Notes under the pieces: generated by a model
Databases searched by the model: none
Told to the model about the DNA's origin: nothing
What the model saw: the letters and a program-made list of their open reading frames with translations, nothing else
Position numbers and translations under genes: made by a program
Assembly: GCF_963921235.1 (NCBI RefSeq)
Contig: NC_086097.1
Location: 103,356,001 to 103,420,000 of the forward strand
Length of the DNA: 64,000 nucleotides
From: Mobula hypostoma
Taxonomy: Eukaryota
Direction of reading: 5' to 3'
Shown here: positions 50,781-63,896 of the stretch, one piece after another
Layout of the letters: each line of letters starts with the position of its first letter
How positions within the stretch are numbered: the stretch's first letter is position 1

Positions 50781-51534
50781 TTTACCCTTCTTCAGTACTC
50801 CCTTGAACTTGGAAAACAGTGGTTACTGTTCCCAAAGTATTGCCCTACTGACAATCCCACAACCAGCCCTATTTCATTTCCTAAGAAGAGTTTGAGTACT
50901 GCCCCTACTCTAATTAGACTCTACATATTGTCTCAAGAAATTTTCTTGGACATGCTTAAGTTCTGCTTCATCTAAGCCCTTGTACTAGGGCAATTCCAGT
51001 CAATGTTGGGAAAGTTAAAATTCTACAGTACTATAACTGTATACATAAGCTTTAGTTTTCTAGAAGTGGTGTTGCCAGTGGACAGGAAGGTGAAGAAGAC
51101 TTTTTGGCATAATAGCCTTCATCATTCAGGGCATTGAGTTATGTTGCAGTCATACAAGACATTAGTGGGGCTATATTTAGAATATTGTGTTCAGTTTTGG
51201 TTATCCTGCTGTGGGAAAGATAACATACCTCCAACACCATGGGCCAAAGGGCATGTACTTTGCTATAATGTTTTATTTTCTGAGTTGGGAAGAGTGCAAA
51301 GGAGATTAAAGAGGATGTTACTGGGACTCGAGTGACTGAGTTATGGAGAGAGGTTGAGAAGTTTGGGACTTTATTCACTAGAGCATAGGAAAGCTAGGGG
51401 GGAATTGTATAGTTGTTTATCTTAAATTATGAGGGGTATAGGGTGAATGTGCAGTCTTTTTCCCAGGATGGGGGAATCAAGAGTTAGAGTGCATAGGCTT
51501 ATGGTAAGAGGAGAGATTTAATACAAGCCCAATA

Positions 51535-52530
51535 TCTTCAGGTCAGACATTTCTTCCAAGAATATTTAAGTAATTTTCCATATATACAAGATTCTGACCT
51601 GTTAGACGTTATTTTAAAAATGAATCCTTTAGTGAAAGGTTTTAATGGGAAAATTTACAATTTACTATTACAACAGTACAATTATCCTTTAGTTAAGGTT
51701 AAGCAAGATTGGGAAAGAGAGCTTAACATGGCCTTGATAACAGGATTGGTTGCAAATTTTGGAGTTGGTTAATTCTTTTTCGATTTGCGCCAGTCACTCT
51801 TTAATTCAATTTAAAATTGTACATCGTTACTATTTGACAAAGGAGAGACTGTCTAAAATATTTCCTAATGTTGATAGTCAGTGTGATAGATGTAAAACTG
51901 AGACAGCTACATTGACACATATGTTTTGGTCGTGTTCTGTATTGAAACAGTTTTGGAAATCTATTTTCTCTACAATTTCTAAAGCTTTAAAAATTAATTT
52001 ACAACCTAGTAAATTGACAGTTTTGGTTGGTATAATCTCTCAATATATTCATGGTATTTCTATATCAGACCAACATGTAATTGCATTTGTTACATTGTTG
52101 GCCAGAAGGGCTATTTTATTGAAGTGGAAAGATGCCTCTGCTCCCACTTTGATACAATGGTTCTCTCAGGTGATGTTATGTCTTAGTTTGGGGAAAATCA
52201 GAAGACGAACTTTTGATCTTCGATTTGACTTTGAGAAAAGGTGGAGTTCGTTTGCCCGCTACTATCATTTGATTTGAGTTAATTAAGATGGTCCCTTCTG
52301 ATTCTTGTTTAAATGGATTTGAGTTGGCGGATTGATGTTTTTCTTTTACGGAAGCTTGTATGGCGTATAGCTCCTGGGTTGTGCTCCCAATGTTTTTTTT
52401 TGTAAGTAGGGTTTTTTTTTGGTTTTAGTTAGTAAGGGTTCTTTTTCCCTTCTTTCTTTTTTCCAAAAAAAATAGTTTTAACATTTTATTTTTTTCTTAT
52501 TATTATTGATATTGTTTAGCTTTGTTAATG
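51535..52530 (+). mobile_element. L1-clade 3' fragment (different family from 14705-20623)
   Basis: ORF 51750-52277 has QFKIVHRYY...CDRC...LTHMFWSC (Cys-rich domain), followed by a T-rich 3' UTR. Confidence 0.88.
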
Positions 52531-55165
52531 ATAGCTCAGTGTCCAGTGGGGACCAGAGGTGACTGAGCTGTCCTGGAATGGACATGACAAGCCCCTTTAC
52601 CAGAGCTGCTGGACACCACCACCCTGGACACCCCATAAACCCTGTATCTCTAATTTGGTTATGTTAACTTTGTTTATTTTGCTTGTTTCACTATCACTAT
52701 GCTAGTTTTGTTAGTTTATCGTTATACAAGATCATTTGTCTTTGCTGGATTTGTAATAATGGATCGAACGTATTTTTTTCAACTTGGAGCTCAGTTATTT
52801 GGAAGCGTGTCATACAGTTGAGTTCCTTGCTCAATCTCTGAGCGGTTTTAGTTTGTTTTTCAAGTAACCACTGCAATGTGCTCAGCTTATTTGACTTGCT
52901 CCTTGCATTAAAGTTAACACAGTTAAGCCCACCAGCCTTGCCTTGTTGCATAATTACTGGACTTGCTTGGTTTGTCTTCTACATTTTTCTCTCCACTTGT
53001 TGCACTGCTACTATACTTTTCACCACTGCCCACTACCCCCACCCCAAGGCCATTGATTTTCTTAATATCTAAATATCTGCAGATCTCTTTCCTAAATGTA
53101 CTCAGTTTACTGCAGTCCTCTAGTAGTGAATTGCAAAGACTCAGACTATGAGTGTATTCCCCTGAATGGCTAACCACTTACTTTGAGTCTACAACTTCTC
53201 ATTCAAGACTATCCAAGTTGGGGAACATCATATAGAGATATAGATAGATATGTGTGTGTGTTCCCTCTTCTCCCCCCTCCCCATAGGAAGTAAATGCAGA
53301 TATCTCAGGAAATAAGAAAAATCTAGTCAAATACTTGAATCACCAAGGCATAGAAGATGGACCTAATGTGTGTAAATGGGATTGATGTGGATGAGTTGTA
53401 TTGACATGGTGGGTCTGTTTCTTTGCTGTACAGCTCTGACTGACTGACTCTAAATTTGCAATTATGTAGCTCTAGGTGTTGAAAATTTGTTCTTTCATCT
53501 AAACTATTGACACTATCTGTGAATGGGCGAATCCCTCAACTAACCCTGTGACAGCACATTGTCCATTTATTCTGACAGTTTGGTCTTTTCATTAATCCTG
53601 TTTAAATATGTTATTCCTGATTCTTTTGGTTGTTTCATGGAGCATTTTTCCATTGTTAGGATCTTGAATAGAATTATAAAGAATTGGAAGAACTTAGGGT
53701 TTTTGAAAATATGTGAACAACTTGGTATATGAGAGGATAAATATGGAAGTGACTTGAGTGTCTTGAATGACTCAAAATATGTGGTTGGCCATTCATGGGC
53801 CAAGCTAAAGACATTTCTTAACCTAGAGTCTTTGGAATTGACTACTCAAGGACTGTGGTAGGCTGAAGATATTTCAAGAGAAAGATCTATGGATATTTGG
53901 ATATTAAGGAAATCAAGCAACTGGCACTGAGATAGAAGATCAGACTTAGCTTACTGAATGGTATCACAGCAAAATGGCCTAATCCTTTTATATTTTTATG
54001 TAATTAATTCAATGTTCTTTTATCCCTATCAAAATAATAATAATTTTTGTTTTGAACTCATTTTTACAATTGTTGTTTGCCAAGTCTGTCAGATTCAGAG
54101 GTGAAACTGATCATTCTGCTTCTGGGTTTAGGATTCTGGTGTCTTAAAATCCAAAGTTATCAACTTGTTTTCAGAATTGTAGAAAGTTTTTATCTGGTAG
54201 GATTGACCATTCTTTCTTGGAAGAGCAAAACATTCTTTATTTTGCACATCAGCAGGTAGATAATGGATCTAGTGGATATGAACAAACATGGGCACTCACA
54301 TGGGTCCCAGCTATGCCTGCCTGTTCATTGGCTATGTGAAACAGTCTATGTTCCAAGCTCATACTGGTGACTGTCCTGCACCTTTTCTATGCTATATCGA
54401 TGACTGCATTGGTGCTGCTTCCTGCACCCATGCTGAACTTGTCAATTTCATTCACTTTACCTCCCAACTTCCACCCTACCCTCGTTCACTTAGTTCAATT
54501 CCAACACTTACCTTCCCTTTCTCTATCTCACTATCTCTGTCTCCGGAGACAGCTTATCCACCGATGTCTATTACAAGCACACAGACTCTCACAGCTACCT
54601 AGACTATTCCTCTTCTCTTAATTCTTCCGTCTCTGCCGCATCTGCTCTCAGGATGAGGCTTTTCATTCTAGAATGAAGGAGATATCTTCCTTTTTCAAAG
54701 AATGGGCCTTCCCTTCTTCCACCATCAACACTGTCCTCAACCGCATCTCTTCTATTTCACGTATGTCTGCTGTTACCCCATCCTCCTGCCATGCTCCCAG
54801 GGTAGGGTTCCTCTTGTCCTCACCTACCATCCCATCAGCCTCCGCATCCGGCACATAATTCTCCAAAACATCCGCCACCTCCAACTGGATCCCACCACCA
54901 AACACGCCTTTCCCTCCCCCCACCCCACTTTCTGCTTTCCATGGGGATTGCTCCCTATGGGACTCCCTTGTCCATTTGTCCCTCCCCACTAATCTCCCTC
55001 CTGGCACTTATCCTTGCAAGCGGAGCAAGTGCTACACCTGCCCCTATACCTCTTCCTTCACTACCATTCAGGCCCTAAACAGTCCTTCCAGGTGAAGCGA
55101 CACTTCACCTGTGAGTCTTTTGGGGTCATATACTGTGTTCAGTGTTCCCGGTGTGGCCTCTTGAA

Positions 55166-55703
55166 TATAGAAACATAGAAAATAGGTGCAGGAGTAGGCC
55201 ATTCGGCCCTTTGAGCCTGCACCGCCATTTATTATGATCATGGCTGATCATCCAACTCAGAACCCCGCCCCAGCCTTCCCTCCATACCCCCTGACCCCCA
55301 TAGCCACAAGGGCCATATCTAACTCCCTCTTAAATATAGCCAATGAACTGGCCTCAACAGTTTCCTGTGGCAGAGAATTCCACAGATTCACCACTCTCTG
55401 TGTGAAGAAGTTTTTCCTAATCTCGGTCCTAAAAGGCTTCCCCTCGATCCTCAAACTGTGGCCCCTCGTTCTGGACTTCCCCAACATCGGGAACAATCTT
55501 CCTGCATCTAGCCTGTCCAATCCCTTTAGGATCTTATACGTTTCAATCAGATCCCCCCTCAATCTTCTAAATTCCAATGAGTACAAGCCCAGTTCATCTA
55601 GTCTTTCTTCATATGAAAGTCCTGCCATCCCAGGAATCAATCTGGTGAACCTTCTTTGTACTCCCTCTATGGCAAAGATGTCTTTCCTCAGATTAGGGGA
55701 CCA
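55166..55703 (-). mobile_element. Young CR1 LINE, 5'-truncated copy 3
   Basis: Near-identical to 24036-24575 and, inverted, to 38390-38925. Confidence 0.95.
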
Positions 55704-56218
55704 ACCTATCGGTGAGACCCAATGCAGATTGGGAGACTACTTCACCGAGCATCTATGCTCTGTCTGCCAGTACAAACGGGATCTCCCATTGGCCACCCAT
55801 TTTAATCCCACTTCCCATACCCATTCCAATATGTCGATCCATGGCCTCCTCTACTACCAGGCTAAGGCCACACTTATATTGGAGGAGCAACACCTTATAT
55901 TCCATTTGGTAGCCTCCAACCTGATGGCGTGAACATCAATTTCTCAAACTTCCAGTAATGCCACCCTTCTCCATTTTCCATCCCCTTATCTCTTTCTCTC
56001 ATGTTATCTCCTCTTCCACGCATCACCTCCCACTGGTGCTCTTTCTGCCCCCCCCAACCTTTTTTCTTTCTTCCCTGGTCTCTTTCACCAATCAACTTTC
56101 TAGCTCTTTGCTTCATCCCTGCCCCTCAAGTTTCACCTATCACCTGGTGTTTCTCTCTCCCCTCCCCATCATTCGATCTACTCCTCAGCATTTTTTCTCC
56201 AGTCCTGCGAATGGTTTT

Positions 56219-57029
56219 CATAGTCATAGTCATACTTTATTGATCCCGGGGGAAATTGGTTTTCGTTACAGTTGCTCCATAAATAATAAATAGTAATAGA
56301 ACCATAAATAGTTAAATAGTAATATGTAAATTATGCCAGTAAATTATGAAATAAGTCCAGGACCAGCCTATTGGCTCAGGATGTCTGACCCTCCAAGGGA
56401 GGAGTTGTAAAGTTTGATGGCCACAGGCAGGAATGACTTCCTATGACGCTCAGTGCTGAATCTCGGTGGAATGAGTTTCTGGCTGAATGTACTCCTGTGC
56501 CCACCCAGTACATTATGTAGTGGATGGGAGACATTGACCAAGATGGCATGCAACTTAGACAGCATCCTCTTTTCAGACACGACAGTGAGAGAGTCCAGTT
56601 CCATCCCCACAACATCACTGGCCTTACGAATGAGTTTGTTGATTCTTTTGGTGTCTGCCACCCTCAGCCTGCTGCCCCAGCACACAACAGCAAACATGAT
56701 AGCACTGGCCACCACAGACTCGTAGAACATCCTCAGCATCATCCGGCAGATGTTAAAAGACCTCAGTCTCCTCAGGAAATAGAGACGGCTCTGACCCTTG
56801 TAGACAGCCTCAGTGTTCTTTGACCAGTCCAGTTTATTGTCAATTCGTATCCCCAGGTATCTGTAATCCTCCACCATGTCCATACTGACCCCCTGGATGG
56901 AAACGGGTCACCGGTACCTTAGCTCTCCTCAGGTCTACCACCAACTCCTTAGTCTTTTTCACATTAAGCTGCAGATAATTCTGCTCATACCATGTGACAA
57001 AGTTTCCTACCGTAGCCCTGTACTCAGCC
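56219..57029 (-). mobile_element. Rex1-type LINE 3' fragment
   Basis: YLQLNVKKTKELVVD and YRYLGIRIDNKLDWSKNTEAVY...RLYFLRRLRSF, with a (ATGACT)n tail at 56219. Confidence 0.9.
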
Positions 57030-57238
57030 TTTGGGCTGAAATGTTGACTGTACCTTATTCCATAAATGCTGCCTGGCCTGCTGAGTTCCTCCAGCATTTT
57101 GTGTGCATTGTAGTAGATATGAAATCAAGTTCAGTTACAAAATTGCAAACACACCAAGGTGTCTATCAATTACAAATGCATATCCTCTGTGGCAGAAGCA
57201 TTCTTGATACTGATGTCTTGATCTTCCCTAATTTTTAG

Positions 57239-57293
57239 GATTCTGTTCCACTGGTTGACCAACAGCTGTTCTATCTCTGTTGCCCCTATTTGT
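57239..57293 (+). CDS. CDAN1: Codanin-1 exon H (55 nt, phase 0 to 1): DSVPLVDQQLFYLCCPYL
   Basis: Acceptor cctaatttttag and donor TTGT|gtgagt. Matches DNAPVVDQQLLYTCCPYI. Confidence 0.94.
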
Positions 57294-57724
57294 GTGAGTA
57301 TATTCCAGATGGTTTGGGGGGTGTGCAGTGAACTATTTAATGGTGGAAATACACCTCAAATAGTTTTGGCTGAAAATTGCAGAACCAGGAGACGTTCCTG
57401 AAAATTGTTTTTCTAAGAATAATTGAGGGAGGTATCTGAGGACTACAACATTGTTTTTAATGTAATAAATGTTGAACTGACCAACCTGAAGAATTTAGTA
57501 TGGGAATGCAAGAAATGCAGCATGTCATTAAATAGATATATTAGGGTCATTGAATTCCAGTGCTAAAATAATTTGTTGTGAAACAAATAATTTATTATGA
57601 AATAAAAGCAGAAAAGATTGAAAGTGTTTTCAAGGTTAGGTTGCATTTGTGAAGGTAGAAACAGTTACCATTTTAGATTCACTGAATTTTTTTATCAGAG
57701 CTGCTTTGAATACAAAGTAACTGA

Positions 57725-58895
57725 CATAGAAAATAAAGAACATAGAATGAAACAGTAACAACGCAGGAATAGTCCCATCAGCCACAGTGTGCAAAAGTAA
57801 TTAGACTAGTATTTATATGCCTGATTAAACCAATCCATTCTGCCTACATAATGTCCATTGTCTATATGTATATTCATGCACCTTTTAAGAGCCTCTTAAG
57901 TGCTTCTGTTTTGCAGGATTTGCTTCCACCGCTATTACTGGCAGTGCATTCCAGGCACCCACCACCCTCTGTAAAACAACAGCAGCAACAACTTGCCCTG
58001 AATATCTCCTCTCAAACTTACCACCTTTCACTTAAAATTCACTAAGCCTTTCAGCCCTGGAGACAAAGGTACCAGCTATCTGCTTTATCTATACCTCTCA
58101 ACCTTATTAACTTTGATTAGGTTTCCCTCAGTTCCAATGGCTCCAGCAGAAATAACCCAGGTTTGTCCAACCTCTCCTTGTAGCACATGCCCTGTAATCT
58201 AGGCAGTATCCTGGTAAACCTCTTCTGCATCTGCTCCAAATCTCAACATCCTTCCTTTTATGAGGCAACGCAATATTCCAAATGTGGACTAACCTGAGAT
58301 TCATAAAGGTGTGGTTTTTGAACTCAATGCCTCAACTAATCAGCATACCATCAACCACCTTTACCGCCCTATAAACCGCTTTCAGGGATTATAGACTTTA
58401 ATCCAAAGATAACTCTGTACATTAACACTGTTAAGTGTTTTGTACTGTCTCCTGAGATTTGATCTCCCAAAGCGCAACACCTCACTCTTGTCTGGTTTGA
58501 ATTCCCATCTGCCATTTCTCCACTCTTATTTGCAACTGTCCTCTGGAAATCTTCTGTTACAATGCGACCAATCGTTGTATTGTCTGAAAACTTGCTAACA
58601 CACCTGTTTACATCCAGATCATTTATAATCATCACCTAAAGTAGTGGTCCCAGTGTGGATCCTCGCAGAGCACCACATGTCACAGACTTCCAGCCTGAAT
58701 AAGACCCATCAACCACTACTTTCTGTCTTCTCTGTCAAGCCAATTCTGAATCCAAATGTAGATTCCTTGCATCTTAATCCTCAGGATGAGCCTCACATGA
58801 GGGACTTGTCAAATACCTTTGTAAAATCAACATGGACAACGTCCCCGGCTCTACCTTCATCAATCACCTTTGTTCATTCCTCAAAAAAAAACTCA
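57725..58895 (-). mobile_element. Old CR1 RT and 3' fragment
   Basis: INDLDV...VSKFSDNT and DFTKVFDK remnants plus a CR1-type tail. Confidence 0.7.
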
Positions 58896-59638
58896 ATTCA
58901 GGTATTGGATCTGGAGATGTCATAATCCAGAGGTTCTTTAGACGTAACTCTCTAGTTACAACTGTTGTATTAGGTGTTCAGAAGAAAGAAATAAAAGTAA
59001 CAACTGAGTCTAAGGAAGGGATAGAGCAAAGAAAGAACAAAGGTTGCGACCATCTTATACTAAAAACTAGATAAAAGACTTTCCATTTGTAAAGAGTAAC
59101 CTGTGAGATAAGTTCTGTGTGACACAGACTGATACACGACCACAATTACTGACAATCCACTGAATAAGCACATACAATTAGGTGATTATATTAGATTCGA
59201 ATCCAACACAAGTTAGTAAAACATGACTTGTCCTGTACAATCCCTGGCATCACACTATTTCCAATAATGTGAGGCCAGGGTTGCCATGGTGATAAACTGT
59301 TGACAAAGCCACAATAAGGACAGTTAAAGAGAAAATAAACACATGAACATATTAAAGCTGTGGAACACAGGCTAGGATAATGTGATATGCCCTGCAGGTC
59401 AGGCTATGTTTGTGGAGATAGAAGAACTGAGCTACTATTATAGACAGATAATCTATGGTTGTGATGCAATCAGACAGTGAGTTACTGAAATTGTTGAATT
59501 CGACATCAGGTGTGGAAGGCCAGAATGAGCTCAAATGGAAGAACAAATACTGTTCCTCAAGTGCATGTTTGGCCTTGTGTAATTTCTATCTGCTATTTAT
59601 GTTAATTAATCTTAATCATGATATTTCACATGTTACAG

Positions 59639-59772
59639 GTGAGTTACGCAAGCTGCTGGCTTCCTACGTAGCTGGTCATGGGATAAAAAATGGAGGATAT
59701 ATGAGAAAGATCACACCAACTTCAGCAGAACCTACAGTACCAGCTTTAGCACAATCGCAGCAGAGGCTCCAG
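59639..59772 (+). CDS. CDAN1: Codanin-1 exon I (134 nt, phase 1 to 0): (C)ELRKLLASYVAGHGIKNGGYMRKITPTSAEPTVPALAQSQQRLQ
   Basis: Acceptor tgttacag and donor CAG|gtaatg. Contains the ELRKLLAS...GGxMRKITPT motif. Confidence 0.95.
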
Positions 59773-60802
59773 GTAATGCTTTCCTGGAGTGAAACAAAAG
59801 CACTTGTAAGGAATTGGCCCATAGAATCTACTCCATAGTTCAGCATAATCATAGCTATTCCAGTGTTGGCCTCAATACCAATCTCCTACTTGGCTCCTAT
59901 CCTCTTGACTCCTTTGTAGTTTTAGACATCTCTCTGCTTTCCTTGAAAACGTTCAGCAACTCTAACAACACATCGCAGGTGAACAGATTTAAAGAGTTAC
60001 TCAAGAGAAGGGATCTCGTCCTAGATTAAGTGAAACCTTATTCTTGAGTTTGCCACTCCCTACCCCGGCAACCCTGAGTACTAGGTAACATACACCGCCC
60101 CTCGCCCCGCAACCCTGAGTTCTAGGTAACATACACCCAGAATCCACCTGTCAAACCTCCTCAGAATCTTGTATGTTTCAATAAGATCACTTCCACTTAT
60201 TTCTTATGAACTCAAATGAGTGTAGGCTCACTTAATTAATTAATTGAGTAGCGTGAATACAACTGACGGCTTTCTGCATGAAATATTTTGTATATTGCTT
60301 TTCACATTAATTAATTCTTAATGCCTCAGATTGACTGCCATTCATTTCATTCTAGTAAAGGTACCTTTCTTTCCAGTTTCCTAATCTATACCCCACTTAT
60401 CTTAATCCTTGATAAATTTGCATTATTGTTGTTGGTGGAAGATTTGGAGGCTGGTGTCTGCTGTCACCTTGCTCATGCTTGGATCTGTCATTTTCCCAGA
60501 AACCTGATGGTACTTGGTATTTCAAGTACTTCCTTGAATCACCTCACAAGTTAGTGATGGCCTCCTTCTGGTCTCCATCTGGTCTCCATGATCTGATCGC
60601 AAACTTGCTGCAGCAACTGTTAAATACAGAGGCTTAATGACAAGTGTGTTCTGCAAGGGCTTTCTATTATGTGGATGGTGGATAAGCTATTACAGCAAGC
60701 ACACCACTCAGTTAACAGTGGAGTAATGGATATTGAGTGTGTTATAAACTAAAGGTGAAGAATTTTGAACTGCATCATTAATTTTTTTTGTTTCTTCTAT
60801 AG

Positions 60803-60906
60803 ACAGAGTTGGAGGAGGCCTTTTTTCACAATCAACCCCCATCACTTCGCAAAACAGTTGAGTTTGTGGCTGAAAGAGTTGGATCTAATTGCGTGAAGCA
60901 TATCAA
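60803..60906 (+). CDS. CDAN1: Codanin-1 exon J (104 nt, phase 0 to 2): [34 protein letters not shown](K)
   Basis: Acceptor tttcttctatag and donor AA|gtaaga. Nearly identical to [30 protein letters not shown] of the codanin-1 C-terminal domain. Confidence 0.97.
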
Positions 60907-60934
60907 GTAAGACCAATGGAAGTTAAGTTAGCAG

Positions 60935-61460
60935 CAAAGCATAAACACAAGAATCTGTTGATGTTGGAAATCCAGAGCAATACACAAGATGCTGGAGGAA
61001 CTCAGCAAGTCAGGCAGTATCTGTGGAGAAGAATAAACAGTCGATAATTCAGGCCGAGACACTTTATCAGTTCTGGACGGGGACGGGTTGGGGAGGGGAA
61101 GGAGAACAAGCTGGTGAGGTGGGTGAGGGAGGGTTATGAAATAAGAAGCAGGGGGATAGGTAGAAGAGATAAAGGGCTGAAGAAAAGGAATTTGATAGGA
61201 GAGGACATTAGACCATGGAAGAAATAAATGAGCAGAACCCAAGGGAGGCGATGGGCAGATGAGGAAAAGTGAAGTGGTAAGAGGGTAACCAGAATTGAAA
61301 ATGGGAAAAGAGATAAAGGGGAGGGGGAGAGATTAACAGAAGTTTGCCATCAAATTTGGAGGCTGTCCAGATGCAATATGAGGTGTTGCTCCTCAAAACT
61401 GCTTCTGGCCTCGTAGCAGTGAAAAGGTAATGGACTGACATGACAGAATGGGAACGGAGA
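60935..61460 (-). mobile_element. Degenerate Penelope-like terminal repeat
   Basis: Reverse complement of the shared terminus, with a decayed hammerhead motif near 61038-61076. Confidence 0.75.
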
Positions 61461-62977
61461 AGTATACTTACTTTAAAATTACATTCATTTGTTAAAGTAT
61501 CCTTTATTAATGTAACCCACATTCCTTGGAACTCAGCATCCACAGCTTTTTGTCAGTAGGTCAGGAGGGAAACACATCTAAATTGATGAGTTGAGGTAAA
61601 AGCAGTGAGGATGTTAGATGAGCTGCAGGTGGCCACTGAACAAACTGCTACAACCTTGGGGGATAAAATGCTTTATTTAATTAGCCAGCACCTCTACTGT
61701 TCATCACTTGCACACATACAGTGCCCAGATATTTGTTCCTCTGCTCTTTTCCACATGGTTGTCATGTTCTTCCTACCAAAATGTGCAACCTGACACTTCA
61801 AGGACATTAGTCAATTGCTTGCCTGTACTGCTCTTTTATTAATGTTTTTCTAATAGTTTTCACTGTATTACAGAAATGTACTTCCAGTGCATTACTCCAA
61901 ACTATTTACCAGTCTTGAAAACAACAGTAAGAGAAAATCAAAAGGGCAGGTTTCAGAAATCTGAAGAAATCAAACTGCTTGAAACACACAGCAGGTTTGG
62001 GAGGAACATTTAGAAGGAAGGAAATATCTCTGATAGGATGAGACTAAGTGGGTTCAGGGAGATTATAATTATACTTTATTGCCTGTGTGTTTTACTATAA
62101 GCAAGGTACTGGTATGCCAATGTTATAAGAAACATGTATAGAATGGACAGTGTCTTACTCAGCGCTGGGAGTCTAAAACTACAGAGCACAAGCTTAAGGT
62201 GAGAGGGAAGAAATTTAAAGGAGATCTGAGGCATACGTTTTTCACACACAGAGTGATGTGTGAAAAGGTATTTGGTCAAGTACTTGGATAGGAAAGACCT
62301 AGAGAATACAGGCATGATGTGGGGATTTGGTTATGGTCAGCATGAAAGAGGAAGGTGGAAAGGATTGTTTCTGTGTTGTGTCATTCTTTGAATCACCATT
62401 TATGGAGTGAGAAGCACAAAAGGTATTTCAGGTTGAAACTGTTATGTTGAAAAAAGCGTTGGGTGAGACGCGAGAGATTATAGGCAGAAGAGTGATGAAG
62501 CTAGGTCAAGGCAGTGAAAACTGTTTCCCCTTCTGGGCACTGGACAAAAAAATGAGAATCAGTCCTTGTGGCAGTGAAGCATAAATTTTGTTGAAGTAGA
62601 TCTGGACTCCAAGCATTGCATTAGGAAGTTGCAGGAATTATTGTTCATGATTTGAAAGTTTTCAGAATACTGTAAATCGACAACTGTATAGTAGATAGAG
62701 AAAAGGACTCTTGTTTGTCAGTAGATCTGGGGAGTGGGCGTTACTTGAAGTCCAGTTAATTTTTAGGTTAAGTTGGAAATCACTCTGTACACAAAGATAA
62801 AAATTTGGAACTTTAATTCAGCAGGTTGAGCAGGATCTGTGGGAGGAAAGAAATTGTCGAAGTTTTGGATCAACCCTCCCTCTATCAGGTCTCATGTTTG
62901 GGATTAATGTCTGTTAACCAAAGATATTGAGGAATTTGGGGCACTTGGTTACATATCTCACAAACAACAATATAATA

Positions 62978-63495
62978 CAGGTTTTTCCTGCTATCCGAAG
63001 GTAGAGCGTTCCTATGAAACCGTTCGTAAGCGGAAATGGTGTAAAGCGAAGAAGCAATTACCATTAATTTATATGGGAAAATTTTTGAGTGTTCTCAGAC
63101 CCAAAAAAATAATCTACCAAATCGTGCCAAATAGCACGTAAAACCTAAAATAACACTAACATATAGTAAAAGCAGGAATGATATGATAAATACACAGCCT
63201 ATATAAAGTAGAAATAATGTATATACAGTGTAGTTTCACTTAACAGAATCAGGAAGAATTAGCCAAAACCAACTTGTAGAAAAAAATCGGCACGTACACG
63301 CATGCGTACACACCTGGCCACGCAAGGCTTCACGGTCATGGTAGTCTTTCTCGGGGTAAACACAAGTTTAAAGCAGGCGTCTTTTTTTCGTGAAAGTGAA
63401 AATCTTCTTTCGGTTAGCGAGAATAGGTACCAATGTAGGTCTTTTGTAAAAGCGAAGTGGCGTAAAGCAAACGTTCGTAAAGCGGGGGTCACCTC
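62978..63495. mobile_element. Tigger/pogo-like non-autonomous DNA transposon (MITE)
   Basis: Imperfect TIRs TA|CAGGTTTTTCCTGCT and AGCGGGGGTCACCTC|TA, with repeated subterminal TTCGTAA(A)GCG motifs. Confidence 0.6.
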
Positions 63496-63896
63496 TACAT
63501 TGTTTTTTTTTAGTGATGTTGAGAGATTGATATTTGTCAAGGCAGGAGAGTTGCGTCCTTTATAATTACTGACAAACCTAGACAGTTTTCAGTTTAAGGT
63601 TGTATCTGAAAGGTGATGACATAATATTACAGGAGTGATAGTTATCTGGAACAAGCTGCTGGAGGAGGTGATAGAGGCAAATACAGTTACAGTGATAAAT
63701 AGGCATTTGGAGAGGTACTGAGGAAAGGAGTAGAGTTCTATAGGCCTAATACAGGAAAATTAGGTTAGTGGACTTAGACGTCTGGTTGGCATGGATGAGC
63801 TGATCGAAAGGGCCATTTCGGTGATCTTACGACAGCATTGCAGAACACGCCTCATCATCTTGAAAGTGACTTGAAACCAGAGAGTTAGTTTGATAA

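Larger units (their letters stand above)
54288..57110 (+). mobile_element. Penelope-like element (RT core, GIY-YIG, terminal repeat), decayed and interrupted by CR1 and Rex1
   Basis: RT motifs MGTHMGPSYACLF and YIDD. The GIY-YIG segment HFTCESFGVIYCVQCSRCGL...IGETQCRLGD is split at 55166-55703. The terminus resumes at 57030. Confidence 0.9.

Noticed and set aside
52697..52951. ORF with LNCVNFNARS resembling a LINE endonuclease start
   Set aside because: Similarity is limited to a few residues and no downstream endonuclease motifs are visible. Too weak to call.
59280..59296. RFX X-box-like GTTGCCATGGTGAT overlapping TGATAA (GATA site)
   Set aside because: A single imperfect short motif in 64 kb is expected by chance, and conservation cannot be assessed here.
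60063..60137. Direct duplication of about 33 bp (CCCCG(G)CAACCCTGAGT(A/T)CTAGGTAACATACACC)
   Set aside because: A two-copy local duplication within a decayed CR1 remnant, with no functional signal.
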